Source of the DNA: Candidatus Omnitrophota bacterium
Lineage (GTDB): Bacteria; Omnitrophota; Gorgyraeia; Zapsychrales; Zapsychraceae
DNA: 64,000 nucleotides
Reading direction: 5' to 3'
Assembly (NCBI GenBank): GCA_029261055.1
Contig: JAJDCA010000065.1
Span: 9,581 to 73,580, forward strand
The position numbers and the translations under genes were made by a program. Under the pieces are notes generated by a model, which was not told the origin of the DNA, did no database searches, and saw only the letters and a list, made by a program, of their open reading frames with translations. Of the stretch, positions 48,599-59,133 are shown one piece after another. Position 1 is the stretch's first letter. The number at the start of each line of letters is the position of its first letter.

Positions 48599-49627
48599 TT
48601 AAGCACTAAATTCAAACATCGCTTCAATACATTTTTTAGCTCTTTGAACGACTTCTTTATCAATAACAACCCGATCTCTCGGGGTAGGATTCGTTAAAAC
48701 ACGACGGATGTCTTCTAAGGTATTCGATTTCATGTAACGGCACAACGTACAGGTGCCCACCAAATGCTTGTCCGGAAATTCCTTCTGCAACCGTGCGGAC
48801 AAACCGCACTCGGTTAACATCAAAAATTGATGCGCATCCGTTGTTTCCATGTATTGTAACATCTGGGAAGTGCTGCCGACAAAATCCGATTGATCACAAA
48901 CTTCAGGTTTACATTCCGGATGGCTGACGACTTTGGCTTGAGGATATTCTGTACGAATCTTAAAAATTTGCTCCGTATCATATTCTTCATGCACGTAACA
49001 TTTCCCCTCAAAATAACGCACATCTTTGGCCACACCGCGTTTGGCCATTTCCTTAACAAGATTCTGCCCCATCAATTCATCCGGCAAAAAATAAATTTTA
49101 TCATTCGGAATTTTTTCGACAATGTCATACACATTAGCTGATGTCACACACACATCACACTCGGCTTTAACAGCTGCGGTGGTATTGATGTAACAGACAA
49201 AGGTGTACTCAGAAAATTCCTGCCGCAATGCACGAACACGTTCCGCGGTAATCGCATCGGCCAGACTACAACCGTCTTCTAAACCAGGAATCAGCACTTC
49301 TTTTTCAGGATTGAGTATCTGGGCTGTTTCTCCCATAAATCGAACCGCCGCAAAGACAATCGTATCGGCCGTGGTTTCCATCGCATTTTTACTTAAGCCG
49401 TAAGAGTCTCCAACATAATCACCTACACCATAAATAATTTCGGGGTTCACGTAAGAATGGACAAGAATAACCGCGTTCTTTTTTTCCTTAAGATCACGAA
49501 TTTCATTAATCAAAGGCGTCATTTCCTCACATTTGCGCAAGGAATACTGGCACACGCTCCCCGTGACCTTGATATTCTTCAAAGTTTCGTAAAGCTCTTC
49601 AGCTGTTGTGTGATTAGTTGTAATCAT
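48599..49627 (-). CDS. nadA: quinolinate synthase
   Basis: GDSY.LS, GCSLAD, YINT, CYVH, HPEC, GSTS, CRYMK. Confidence 0.93.
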   Translation of the reverse strand: MITTNHTTAEELYETLKNIKVTGSVCQYSLRKCEEMTPLINEIRDLKEKKNAVILVHSYVNPEIIYGVGDYVGDSYGLSKNAMETTADTIVFAAVRFMGETAQILNPEKEVLIPGLEDGCSLADAITAERVRALRQEFSEYTFVCYINTTAAVKAECDVCVTSANVYDIVEKIPNDKIYFLPDELMGQNLVKEMAKRGVAKDVRYFEGKCYVHEEYDTEQIFKIRTEYPQAKVVSHPECKPEVCDQSDFVGSTSQMLQYMETTDAHQFLMLTECGLSARLQKEFPDKHLVGTCTLCRYMKSNTLEDIRRVLTNPTPRDRVVIDKEVVQRAKKCIEAMFEFSA

Positions 49628-49681
49628 AGTAACGCATTTTACCTAATTGCGAGGATAACGCAACTAAAATATCTGATGGAG

Positions 49682-50038
49682 TTACACCTTACTAATAAAT
49701 AACAGCAGCCAACCAGCTAGAAAACTAAGACCACCAATGGGTGTAATCGGGCCAAAGATTTTCATCTGTGTTGTGGCCAAAAGATACAAAGATCCGGAAA
49801 AAAACACAATCCCTACCGTAAAACACCACCCTGCCATATTGATTTTCGGATCAACTCCTTGCGTGGCTAGCCAGGCAACCACAAACAAAGCTAAAGCATG
49901 AATAAAATGGTAAAAAATACCGGTTTGAAACACATCAAAATAATGCTCAGACAATTTTGACCGCAACATATGCGACCCAAATGCCCCCAAAGCCACCGCA
50001 CAAAACATCATCAAACTTCCCATTTTAATCCAAATCAT
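49682..50038 (-). CDS. DUF423 family membrane protein
   Basis: GAFGSH, FSGSLY, GPITPIGG. Confidence 0.9.
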   Translation of the reverse strand: MIWIKMGSLMMFCAVALGAFGSHMLRSKLSEHYFDVFQTGIFYHFIHALALFVVAWLATQGVDPKINMAGWCFTVGIVFFSGSLYLLATTQMKIFGPITPIGGLSFLAGWLLLFISKV

Positions 50039-50194
50039 TTTATTTTCCTCTTTCTAATTTTGTCTTATGTATTTTCACAACTTCTCTAAATTAGCGACAC
50101 GTGCATGTCAACCCGGCTATTGGAGATTCTGTTAAAGCCTTCCAGCTCAGAGGAGATCTCCTTCTGGTCGAGAAAGCATCCATGATCTATTTTA

Positions 50195-50302
50195 ATAAAA
50201 ATTTTGCATGTTTAAGGTGAAGGGGTATCCTTGAATGGGAGGATCCACACTGGGCGGAGGGGCCCAGTCAAGGATACCCCTTCATCTATGCAAAATTTTT
50301 AT
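50195..50302. repeat. 108-nt nested inverted repeat (large hairpin) downstream of miaB
   Basis: 15-bp outer stem, 17-bp inner stem and an internal CTGGGC/GCCCAG stem. Confidence 0.75.
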
Positions 50303-50303
50303 T

Positions 50304-51635
50304 TCACTCGTAGAAATATTCCCCTTTTAACAAATGTGGGGTGGCCTCTTGTATTTTAACTTTCACAAAATCACCGCGGCCATACGCTCCGGCCGGTACG
50401 ATGACACGTTTATTCCCATCAGTCCGACCTTGAAATTTATCGGTCGACCGTGTTAACTCTGTTTCTTCAATCATGACATTGCAAACATCACCAATATGAG
50501 CTTCATTCCTTTTTAACGAAATATCTTTTTGCATATCAACGAGTTGGACAATGCGTGCCGTCTTTTTTTCCTCCGGTACATCATCCGGAAACTTACGTTC
50601 GGCAATCGTGCCTTTACGCTCAGAATATTTAAAAATAAACGCCGCATCAAATTCAACCGCCTGCATGACCTTTGCCGTATCTGAAAATTCTTCATCTGTT
50701 TCCGAAGAAAACCCTACAATAATGTCACTGGTCAACGCCATCTGAGGGTAATACCCGCGAATTTTATCCACCAAATCTAAAAATTCTTTTTGTGTGTAAA
50801 ACCGATCCATCAATTTCAGCATACGATCATTACCGGATTGTAATGGCAGATGAATGTGCTTACAAACCTTAGGATTATTCGCCATCACCTCGAGCAAATC
50901 ATCTGGAAAATCTTTCGGATTCGGCGACGTAAATCGAATACGTTCAATGCCGTTGACCTTGGAGGTAGCCTCTAATAACGCCGCAAAATCTCCACCTTCC
51001 CCCGAATACGAATTCACATTCTGCCCGAGAAACGTGACCTGCTTAAACCCTTCCCCAGCCAACCGCTTAACCTCTTCCACCACATTCGCCACCGACCGGC
51101 TACGTTCCCGTCCGCGCGTGTACGGCACCACACAAAACGTACAAAAATTATTACATCCCCGCATCACCGCCACCCACGCATTCACCCCTTGCACCCGCGA
51201 AGGATACACATCACTGTAAGTCTCAAACTCCGACAATGTCGTATCAAATGCTTTAGCCCCGATCCCAGCCGCCTCACGAATCAATCCAGGCAAACGCTTG
51301 TAACTATCCGGCCCCGCAATAAAATCAATCTTCAACGCCTTATCCTCAAGCAAATCCTTACGCAAATTCGTCGCCATACACCCCAGCACCCCAATCATCA
51401 ACGAATCACCATCCCCATTAGAACGCTGCTTGTATTTATGCCGAATCTTATGAATCCTCCCAAACACCTTCCGATGCGCATGCTCCCTGATCGCACAAGT
51501 ATTAAGAAGCACAATATCCGCCGCCGTCTCCTCCTGCACAAACACATACCCATCCTTCGTCAGAATCCCCCGCACGAGTTCCGAATCATATTCGTTCATT
51601 TGGCAACCATACGTTTCAAGAAAAATTTTCTTCAT
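50304..51635 (-). CDS. miaB: tRNA-2-methylthio-i6A37 methylthiotransferase
   Basis: TYGCQMN, NTCAIRE, GCM, GCNNFCTFCVVPYTRGRE, TRAM domain. Confidence 0.95.
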   Translation of the reverse strand: MKKIFLETYGCQMNEYDSELVRGILTKDGYVFVQEETAADIVLLNTCAIREHAHRKVFGRIHKIRHKYKQRSNGDGDSLMIGVLGCMATNLRKDLLEDKALKIDFIAGPDSYKRLPGLIREAAGIGAKAFDTTLSEFETYSDVYPSRVQGVNAWVAVMRGCNNFCTFCVVPYTRGRERSRSVANVVEEVKRLAGEGFKQVTFLGQNVNSYSGEGGDFAALLEATSKVNGIERIRFTSPNPKDFPDDLLEVMANNPKVCKHIHLPLQSGNDRMLKLMDRFYTQKEFLDLVDKIRGYYPQMALTSDIIVGFSSETDEEFSDTAKVMQAVEFDAAFIFKYSERKGTIAERKFPDDVPEEKKTARIVQLVDMQKDISLKRNEAHIGDVCNVMIEETELTRSTDKFQGRTDGNKRVIVPAGAYGRGDFVKVKIQEATPHLLKGEYFYE

Positions 51636-51804
51636 TTGACCCCCAAAATTTTTCTTAAAACGTTACGAGGTGTTGCGATGCTTCTACGCAACACCGACAA
51701 AAACGCAACACCACCCATTTCAACAATTATTTTCTTCACATCTTTTCCCATACCTAATCCCCACTAATTTGATTCTTCTCTTTAAATTCTCTTTTAAAAT
51801 TTGC

Positions 51805-51834
51805 AAGGGAGGTGGCAATTTGCCTCCACCCTTT
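51805..51834 (-). terminator. possible terminator after the SRPBCC gene
   Basis: Imperfect G/C hairpin AAGGGAGGTGGCAA...TTGCCTCCACCCTT in AT-rich flanks. Confidence 0.35.
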
Positions 51835-51881
51835 TAATAATTTATTTTTATTGTCCATCTTTAATTACCCCTATTTACACC

Positions 51882-52403
51882 CTACTCAACAACCCTCTTC
51901 AAATCCCCCAACCCCTCCTCAAACTGCGCCCCCACCATCTTGTCACAATCCATCACCAAACTCATCGCCTTCATCATAAAATTCTTTAAACCAAACATCG
52001 CCCATGTCACAACAGCTTGATTACCTTGAGGCTGAAACATAAATTCATAAGTACTAGTAGATTTAAACGGTTTTATCCAATCACTTTTGATCTGTATTAA
52101 TTCAGCGGGGCGGCTAACGACAATGCTGTTGCTTCCTTGCCCTATGTCTTTGTTTCCATTCCAACTGAAAATGGACCCTACTCCTTTGGGAGATCCTGCA
52201 TATTCGTATTGGGCATTTGGATCAAGCTTAACCCATGGCGACCATTTTTGCCAATGATGAAAATTATTAACTTGCTCAAATATTTTTTCCGCAGGAGCTG
52301 TGATGGCTAAACTACGCGTTACCCGCAGCTCATTTGACTGCACGTTAACATAAAAACCCAAGCTAATTAATACTACAAAAATGACCAACCCAATTTTTTT
52401 CAT
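51882..52403 (-). CDS. SRPBCC (polyketide cyclase-like) family protein
   Basis: V.RS..I.AP..KIF, W..WSPW..LDP, G.G....W.GN, FEEGL..LK. Confidence 0.85.
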   Translation of the reverse strand: MKKIGLVIFVVLISLGFYVNVQSNELRVTRSLAITAPAEKIFEQVNNFHHWQKWSPWVKLDPNAQYEYAGSPKGVGSIFSWNGNKDIGQGSNSIVVSRPAELIQIKSDWIKPFKSTSTYEFMFQPQGNQAVVTWAMFGLKNFMMKAMSLVMDCDKMVGAQFEEGLGDLKRVVE

Positions 52404-52419
52404 CAGCGTATCCCTCTCC

Positions 52420-52698
52420 CTTATTAAAGCCTTTCCAATAATCCGTCAACTTATTACGGGTTTCCTGGCCCATCATGCGTTGCTGGATCCATTTTTTGCT
52501 TCTGCCCTGCTTCTGCCAATATTCACGAGAACGATTAAGAGCTTTTTCAGAATCAGTCATTTCCTGCATACGCTCGTATCCAACCTTTGCCAGCCACAAT
52601 TTAATAAATTCTGCTTTTGGGCTTGGAACGGATTGAATAATACGTAATAAAGTTTCAGGACTGGCGGCGCCTGTCAAATATCTCTTTCCATCAGCCGC
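52420..52698 (-). pseudogene. Bro-N/antirepressor-like gene remnant
   Basis: AADGKRYLT...LLRIIQSVPSPKAEFIKLWLAKVGYER...WIQQRM...RNKLTDYW; preceded by in-frame TAG, no proper start, truncated at both ends. Confidence 0.75.
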
Positions 52699-52767
52699 CT
52701 ATTTTACGTCTTTACCTTTATTTGTCAAAAAATTAATATTTCCGTGCCAGCCCCTGGCTAATTAGAA

Positions 52768-52827
52768 GGGGTCAGATCCTGAATTATCATATTTTGATAG
52801 AAATATCATCTTTCAAGACCTGACCCC
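52768..52827. repeat. REP-like inverted repeat
   Basis: GGGGTCAGATCCTGAA-N28-TTCAAGACCTGACCCC (14/16 complementary). Confidence 0.65.
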
Positions 52828-52877
52828 GCATATTTATTCATTGCCGTTTAACTTTATATTTTTTTGCAAATTACATA

Positions 52878-53912
52878 TCAATAACTATCTTTTGTAATCT
52901 GTACCTTCCCCCTAAAAATCCAATAAATTGCAATCGTGTAGGACAATACAAATGGAATACCAATAACGGCAATATTTAACATATAATTAAGTGATTTCAC
53001 CGATGAGGAAGCATTATAAATAGTCAAACTATATTCAGGATTAGGGGTGGATAGAACAAAGTTTGGGAAAATACCTCCACCAAAAATAAAAATTAACGTT
53101 ACCATCGCAACGCAAGATGATAAAAAAGCATTTAAACTTCGATTATGATAAATTTCGCGGGGAATATTAGCGATGGCAAGCATATTAATTAAGGGCACAA
53201 TAAACAAAATTGGAAATTGTCTGAGTTTGTCCGCCATATGCGGCAGATAAACCAATGTTGCCAACGTTGTCGTCGCATAACAAATAATAAAGAAAATAAT
53301 GCAATTATTAATCCAACCACGGGCTTTCTTGTGAAACTCCCCTTCTGTTTTTAAAAGAACATAAATTGAGCCGTGCATCATAAAAAGCGCCACTGTAGTT
53401 AGTCCTACAAGCAACGCATAGGGATTGAAGAGATTCCAGAATCCGCCCATATATTCTTTATCTGCGCCAAGAGGTATACCCCAAATAATATTCCCAAGAG
53501 CAACACCTAAAACAAAACTTGCGAGTATACTGGAAAGACTAAAAGCGATATCCCAAGATTGACGCCAACGTGGATTTTCTACTTTGCTTCTAAATTCAAT
53601 AGCGACAGCCCGAAAAATTAACGATAACAAAAGTAACATGACCGCTAAATAAAATCCGGATGTAAGTGTGGCATACACATCAGGAAATGCTGCAAACAGG
53701 GCTCCGCCTCCAGTAACCAACCATACTTCATTCCCATCCCACACAGGACCGATGGAATTAATCATGATTCGTCGTTCTTTATCTGTCTTGGTTAACAAGT
53801 GCAAGGCGCCAACGCCCAAGTCAAATCCATCCAGAATGGCGTACCCACTAAATAAAAGACCAAGCAGAACAAACCAAATAAGATTTAAATCTAAATGTGT
53901 AAAATCAAACAT
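52878..53912 (-). CDS. cydB: cytochrome bd oxidase subunit II
   Basis: LDGFDLGVG, PVWDGNEVWL, GGALFAAFP. Confidence 0.95.
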   Translation of the reverse strand: MFDFTHLDLNLIWFVLLGLLFSGYAILDGFDLGVGALHLLTKTDKERRIMINSIGPVWDGNEVWLVTGGGALFAAFPDVYATLTSGFYLAVMLLLLSLIFRAVAIEFRSKVENPRWRQSWDIAFSLSSILASFVLGVALGNIIWGIPLGADKEYMGGFWNLFNPYALLVGLTTVALFMMHGSIYVLLKTEGEFHKKARGWINNCIIFFIICYATTTLATLVYLPHMADKLRQFPILFIVPLINMLAIANIPREIYHNRSLNAFLSSCVAMVTLIFIFGGGIFPNFVLSTPNPEYSLTIYNASSSVKSLNYMLNIAVIGIPFVLSYTIAIYWIFRGKVQITKDSY

Positions 53913-53915
53913 AAT

Positions 53916-55259
53916 TTAAGCTATCTGTCCTTTGGGTAAATCAGTTGTATCTTCTGGACCAATTTTTATTTTCCGGTTAAGTAAGAAAATAAATAATACA
54001 AAAAGCAGCGTATACACAATTGTAAACATAATTAAACTAGTCACAACCATATTGGCTGTTACCGCTTTAGACAACCCCTGAGATGTTCTTAACAGTCCAT
54101 ACACAATCCAGGGTTGACGCCCCACTTCAGTTGTTATCCAACCAATTTGATTGGCTATCTGCGGGCCTAACACCGAACCTACAAATCCCCACAACAACCA
54201 GCGTGTTGTAAACAACTTTCCTTTAAACAAATAAATAACACCCATAATATTTAATGCAATTAATAACATACCAATCAAAACCATTAAATGAAATGATTGA
54301 AAAACAATTTGTACAGGAGGTCTGTCTTCTTTTTTAAATTCGTTTAACCCCGTCACAGGCGTTTGGAAATCATTATGGACAAGAAAACTTAACATATTCG
54401 GTAACTTGATACCCTTAACGGTTTCATTTTCCTCATCAACCCATCCGAATAAATATAAATCGGCAGGTGCGGTTTCATAATGCCCTTCCATCGCCGCTAG
54501 CTTAGCTGGCTGATACTCACCTGCAAGCTTTGCACTACTATGACCGGAAATAAGCTGCGCAATGGAAGCAAAAATAGCTAAACCTAAAGCGATCTTCATG
54601 GAAGCTTTAGCAAATTCTTGATGGCGATTACGCAATAGATAATACGCACTGACACTTAAAACCAAAGTAGCTCCAGCCTGCCAACAACCAAGAATGACGT
54701 GAACAAGCCGATCCATGCTGGACGGGTTAAATACCATGGCCCAAAAATCTACAATTTCAGCTCGCGCTTCCATTCCTTCTCCAACAATATGATAACCTGC
54801 TGGTGTCTGCATCCAACTTCCAGCAACAGTAATCCACACCGATGAAAAATGCGCGCCTAGACAAACCATCATGGCTGAAAAGAAATGCACCCATGGTTTA
54901 ACTTTATTCCAGCCAAATAATAAAATGGCTAAAAAACCAGATTCTAGAAAAAAGGCAAAAATTCCTTCGGCGGCCAATGCACTACCAAAAATATCCCCCA
55001 CATATCTGGAGTATGTAGCCCAATTCGTTCCAAATTCAAATTCCATGACAATACCCGTCGCTACCCCAATCGCAAATGTCAATCCAAAAATCTTAACCCA
55101 AAAACGCGTCATATTATGATAAAGAGGATTCTTAGTCTTTAGGTACATTCCCTCCATAATTACCAAAAGAAGTCCGAGTCCAATAGAAAGTGGAGGGTAA
55201 ATGTAATGAAAAGCAATTGTTACAGCGAATTGTATTCTTGAGAGTAATAATACATCCAT
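53916..55259 (-). CDS. cydA: cytochrome bd oxidase subunit I
   Basis: FHYIYPP, EFEFGTNW, QPAKLAAMEG, EVGRQPW. Confidence 0.96.
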   Translation of the reverse strand: MDVLLLSRIQFAVTIAFHYIYPPLSIGLGLLLVIMEGMYLKTKNPLYHNMTRFWVKIFGLTFAIGVATGIVMEFEFGTNWATYSRYVGDIFGSALAAEGIFAFFLESGFLAILLFGWNKVKPWVHFFSAMMVCLGAHFSSVWITVAGSWMQTPAGYHIVGEGMEARAEIVDFWAMVFNPSSMDRLVHVILGCWQAGATLVLSVSAYYLLRNRHQEFAKASMKIALGLAIFASIAQLISGHSSAKLAGEYQPAKLAAMEGHYETAPADLYLFGWVDEENETVKGIKLPNMLSFLVHNDFQTPVTGLNEFKKEDRPPVQIVFQSFHLMVLIGMLLIALNIMGVIYLFKGKLFTTRWLLWGFVGSVLGPQIANQIGWITTEVGRQPWIVYGLLRTSQGLSKAVTANMVVTSLIMFTIVYTLLFVLFIFLLNRKIKIGPEDTTDLPKGQIA

Positions 55260-55380
55260 AATTTTTCCTAAATTATTTAATTAAAAAAATAACACATGTG
55301 CTTTGCATGAAAATTTATACCATTGTGCCATACAATAATCCAAATTTTTAATCATTTCAACAAATGTATTCTTAGTCAAT

Positions 55381-56271
55381 TCAAAGCCCTCTGCCCGTAA
55401 TCATTTGAAGAGCCTGGAGATATTTTTCGGTGGTTTTATTGACGATTTCCTTTGGTAGCTCTGGTGCAGGCGCTGTTTTATCCCAGTCAAGTGTTTCTAG
55501 ATAATCCCGAACAAATTGCTTATCAAAGCTTGGCTGCTCCTTTCCAGGTTCATATTTATCTTTAGGCCAAAAACGAGATGAGTCAGGCGTAAGCGCCTCA
55601 TCAATAAGGATAATGTCATCATCAATTTTCCCAAATTCAAATTTTGTATCAGCAATAATAATGCCACAACCTTCTGCAAATCGAGTAGCCTTATTATAGA
55701 GCGCCATACTAATCTCTTTTAGTTTCTCGGTAACGTCCGATCCTATTTCTTTGGCCATGTATTCCTGACTTACATTAATATCATGACCTTCCTCTGCCTT
55801 TATTGCCGGAGTAAATATAGGTTCTTGTAATTTGTCTGACTCTTTTAATCCTTTCGGCAACTTAATTCCACACACCGTTTGATTTTTTACATATTCCTTC
55901 CACCCTGATCCAGACAAATAACCGCGCACGACACATTCGAATGGGAAAACTTGTGCTTTTTTCACGAGCATTGAGCGCCCTTTTAAAGTGTCCGAATATT
56001 TTCTTAACTCTTCTGGAAAATCTTCCACATTCGGCGTAATTAAATGATTGAGTACGATGTCCTTCGTAAATTCAAACCAAAAGACTGAGAATTGCGTCAG
56101 AATATGGCCTTTGTTCGGTATGCAGGTGGGAAGGATAACATCAAAACAAGAGATTCTATCTGTCGCGATAACTAACAGCTTGTCATCAAGGTCATAGACA
56201 TCTCGAACTTTGCCTTTCTTAAAAAGTTTAAGTTCTTTTAACTTTACGGATGATAAAGATTGTAAACCCAT
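55381..56271 (-). CDS. purC: SAICAR synthetase
   Basis: [47 protein letters not shown]. Confidence 0.96.
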   Translation of the reverse strand: MGLQSLSSVKLKELKLFKKGKVRDVYDLDDKLLVIATDRISCFDVILPTCIPNKGHILTQFSVFWFEFTKDIVLNHLITPNVEDFPEELRKYSDTLKGRSMLVKKAQVFPFECVVRGYLSGSGWKEYVKNQTVCGIKLPKGLKESDKLQEPIFTPAIKAEEGHDINVSQEYMAKEIGSDVTEKLKEISMALYNKATRFAEGCGIIIADTKFEFGKIDDDIILIDEALTPDSSRFWPKDKYEPGKEQPSFDKQFVRDYLETLDWDKTAPAPELPKEIVNKTTEKYLQALQMITGRGL

Positions 56272-56318
56272 AGTATTTTCTTAGCCTTTCATTAATGATA
56301 GTTTTTTATGAAAATAAA

Positions 56319-58202
56319 TTATTTATCCTTTAAAGAAACACGTTTTCTTTTGCCTAACAAAATCGCGTCGCGTAAACCTTGATCATTCTTAGCACGTAAC
56401 CATATTTGACTAAAGAGAGCATTACTTACAATCTGAGCAATAGCAGACAAAGCCCTTAAATGATAAGCACGTTCGTCCTTGCTTCCGTAAAGGATAAAAA
56501 CAGCATTAATTTCCTGATACTCTTCATCGAAAACAATACCCTCTCGACAACGGACTAAAACAATTCCGAATAATTTTGTTCCATCAACAATGACATGAGG
56601 GATGGCAACATCGTGATTAATAACTGTCGCCCCCTCTCTTTCCCTTTTTAAAAGAGCAAGTTCAACAACTTCCTTCGGACATGATGATTTTTGTGCAATC
56701 TTATCGGATACAGTTTCAAACAATTGATCAACCGTTATTTTTTTATCAATATCAATAACATCACAATCTTCAATCATATGATCGAAACGATCTTTGATAA
56801 TTTCATCTCTTTCTTGAATAATGCCCTTTAATTCTTCTTCAAGGCCTCCTGTAACTAATTCTTTTGCCGTCAATCGTGCAATAATATGAAGCACAGCAGA
56901 CTTCTGTTTAGTTCTTAGCCTCCCATAAAACCAGTAAATGATAAACGCAACCGCAATCAGTACAATTTTTATAAAAAAGACCTGTGTACTCATCTCAAAA
57001 AGAATAAAGAGAAACAACACTGTGCCGATAATTTGAACCCACGGGTACATCGGTGATCGAAATGTTGGTTGATAATTTTGTATTTTACTTTCACGCATAA
57101 TTATGACGGACAAATGAGAGAAGAGAAATGTAAGAATAAGGACAGATGAAGCAAGTTCAACGAGCATATCTAATTTTAAAAATAGACATAATACAAGGAC
57201 TACCCCGGATAAAAGAATGGATACAACTGGAGTTTGATACTTAGGATGAAGCCTGCTTAAAAACTTTGGTAGTAGTTTATCTCGACTTAAAGCCAATGGA
57301 TATCTTGATGCCGCCATAATACCGGCATTAGCCGTTGTGATAAAAGAAGCGATCGCGGCCAAACTCAACAGTATTACGCCCCACTTCCCCATTGACACTT
57401 GTGCACCAATAGACAACGGCGTCAAAGAACCATCCAACTGTTCACTTCCTAGAATACCCGTCGTAACAAAGACAACAAGAGAATAAAACAATGTAACAAC
57501 AATCAGTGACGCAATCATTGCCTGCGGAACAACCTTCTCTGCTTGTTTGACCTCTTCAGCGACACTGGCAACCTTTAATAACCCCCCATAGGATACAAAA
57601 ATAAATCCAGCTATTACAAAAATAGATTCAAACCCATAAGGCGTAAATGGGGTAAAATTCTCAACTTCAATAAATTTAACTCCATTGAATATGTAAATGA
57701 GCAAAGCTCCTATGAGAAAAAATACAAGATACACCTGTGCTCGACCAGCTTTCTTAGCTCCCTTCAAATTGAGAAAAGTAAAAAACAAACCTAAAAGCAT
57801 ACCAACCCAAGGAATAACAGACATGGATGCCGCTAATTGCGGAAGGATTAGTTGAACAAAAGCCGCAATACCAACTAAAGCAAATGCGGCCTTTAAAAGA
57901 AGTGAAAACCATGTAAGCAAACCTTGAATAGTGCCGACCGCAGGCCCTAAACTTCGTGTTACAAAAAAGTAGGCCCCTCCTGATTTAGGCATAGCTGAAA
58001 CAAGCTCCGCCTGACTGAAAACCCCCGTCAAAGCCAAAAGACCCGCAAAGAAATATGCAATAAATAGCGCTGGCCCTACTTTTGCATGGGCAATTCCAGG
58101 CAAAATAAATAATCCAGAACTAATCATAGCGCCAGTTGCTAGACAAAACACATCAAGAAATGTCAGCTCTTTTTTTAGTCTTTTCTCATGCTTCATCGTC
58201 AA
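56319..58202 (-). CDS. APC-family permease fused to a PTS EIIA domain
   Basis: TGAMISSGLFILPG, AEEVK TM domain; C-terminal RE...T.....VAIPH EIIA motif. Confidence 0.85.
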   Translation of the reverse strand: MTMKHEKRLKKELTFLDVFCLATGAMISSGLFILPGIAHAKVGPALFIAYFFAGLLALTGVFSQAELVSAMPKSGGAYFFVTRSLGPAVGTIQGLLTWFSLLLKAAFALVGIAAFVQLILPQLAASMSVIPWVGMLLGLFFTFLNLKGAKKAGRAQVYLVFFLIGALLIYIFNGVKFIEVENFTPFTPYGFESIFVIAGFIFVSYGGLLKVASVAEEVKQAEKVVPQAMIASLIVVTLFYSLVVFVTTGILGSEQLDGSLTPLSIGAQVSMGKWGVILLSLAAIASFITTANAGIMAASRYPLALSRDKLLPKFLSRLHPKYQTPVVSILLSGVVLVLCLFLKLDMLVELASSVLILTFLFSHLSVIIMRESKIQNYQPTFRSPMYPWVQIIGTVLFLFILFEMSTQVFFIKIVLIAVAFIIYWFYGRLRTKQKSAVLHIIARLTAKELVTGGLEEELKGIIQERDEIIKDRFDHMIEDCDVIDIDKKITVDQLFETVSDKIAQKSSCPKEVVELALLKREREGATVINHDVAIPHVIVDGTKLFGIVLVRCREGIVFDEEYQEINAVFILYGSKDERAYHLRALSAIAQIVSNALFSQIWLRAKNDQGLRDAILLGKRKRVSLKDK

Positions 58203-58210
58203 CCTCCCTT

Positions 58211-59113
58211 CTATTTGATTGGAGAAATAAATCCATCAGGTTTAACAGTTAAAACCGAACAATTCACCTGTTGCAATACACTTTCAGCTGTATTTCCAAT
58301 AAGGATTCCGACCAAACCACTACGAGAAACCGTTCCCATAACGATCAAATCAATATTAAGATCTTTTACCATCTTCGGAATAACAGATATTGATTCTCCT
58401 TTAACAACATGGATTTTTGTTGTAGATTTATTCAAATTATAACTCTTAAGAAGCTTCTTCATTTTTATCTTAAGTTCTTGCTTCGTCTCTTTCTCAAGGC
58501 TTCGCAATTCATCCCATGATACATGATTCAGATAAGATTCACCGTATAAATGCCATGCACAAATAATGTGCAGATTACTTTTATCCCAATCAGCTAGGGA
58601 AGTAGCTAAATCCATAATTTTCACATTTAAAGAGTTATCAGAATTCTTATACTCACTAAGTTTTACAGCAGAAAGAATTCGAAAATACTTCTTTCGCCTT
58701 GCAGGTTTGACAACCCATACAGGACATGGGCATTTACGCATGAGATGCATAGATGTACTGCCAAAAATATGTTCTTTAAAACGTGTTTTCCCTTCCGCTT
58801 GTATAATAACTAAATCATGATTATCCTGTAGAACTTTACGAATAATTTCGACAAATGGCCGGCCTCTTAACACGTGACAAGTAACATTTGGTAATTGACC
58901 CTGTACTGAAGAAATATCCTGCTCCATTTTCTTTTGTTTTTCTCTGAGAACATCCTCTTGTATTTTTTCTAAAGATTTGGGCAGATCATTTAGAAAATCT
59001 ACAATTGTCAAGTCCGCTTGATTTCGTTCTGCTAAAGCTAAAGCCCTTTCTAAAGCAGCACGTCCTGTGGGTTTTAAGTCAGAAACCAAAAGAATATCTT
59101 TAAAACGTTTCAT
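58211..59113 (-). CDS. tandem universal stress protein (UspE-like)
   Basis: FGST.MHLMRKCPCPVW and IGNTAE.VL..VNCSVLTVKP. Confidence 0.9.
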   Translation of the reverse strand: MKRFKDILLVSDLKPTGRAALERALALAERNQADLTIVDFLNDLPKSLEKIQEDVLREKQKKMEQDISSVQGQLPNVTCHVLRGRPFVEIIRKVLQDNHDLVIIQAEGKTRFKEHIFGSTSMHLMRKCPCPVWVVKPARRKKYFRILSAVKLSEYKNSDNSLNVKIMDLATSLADWDKSNLHIICAWHLYGESYLNHVSWDELRSLEKETKQELKIKMKKLLKSYNLNKSTTKIHVVKGESISVIPKMVKDLNIDLIVMGTVSRSGLVGILIGNTAESVLQQVNCSVLTVKPDGFISPIK

Positions 59114-59133
59114 AGCCAATCCCTCCTTCCAGG

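Noticed and set aside
50040-50195. Possible tRNA or riboswitch upstream of the DUF423 gene
   Set aside because: No cloverleaf or T-loop, and no riboswitch consensus recognisable by eye.
51189-51767. 192-aa + strand ORF antisense to miaB
   Set aside because: Shadow ORF caused by the strong local C/A skew on the + strand.
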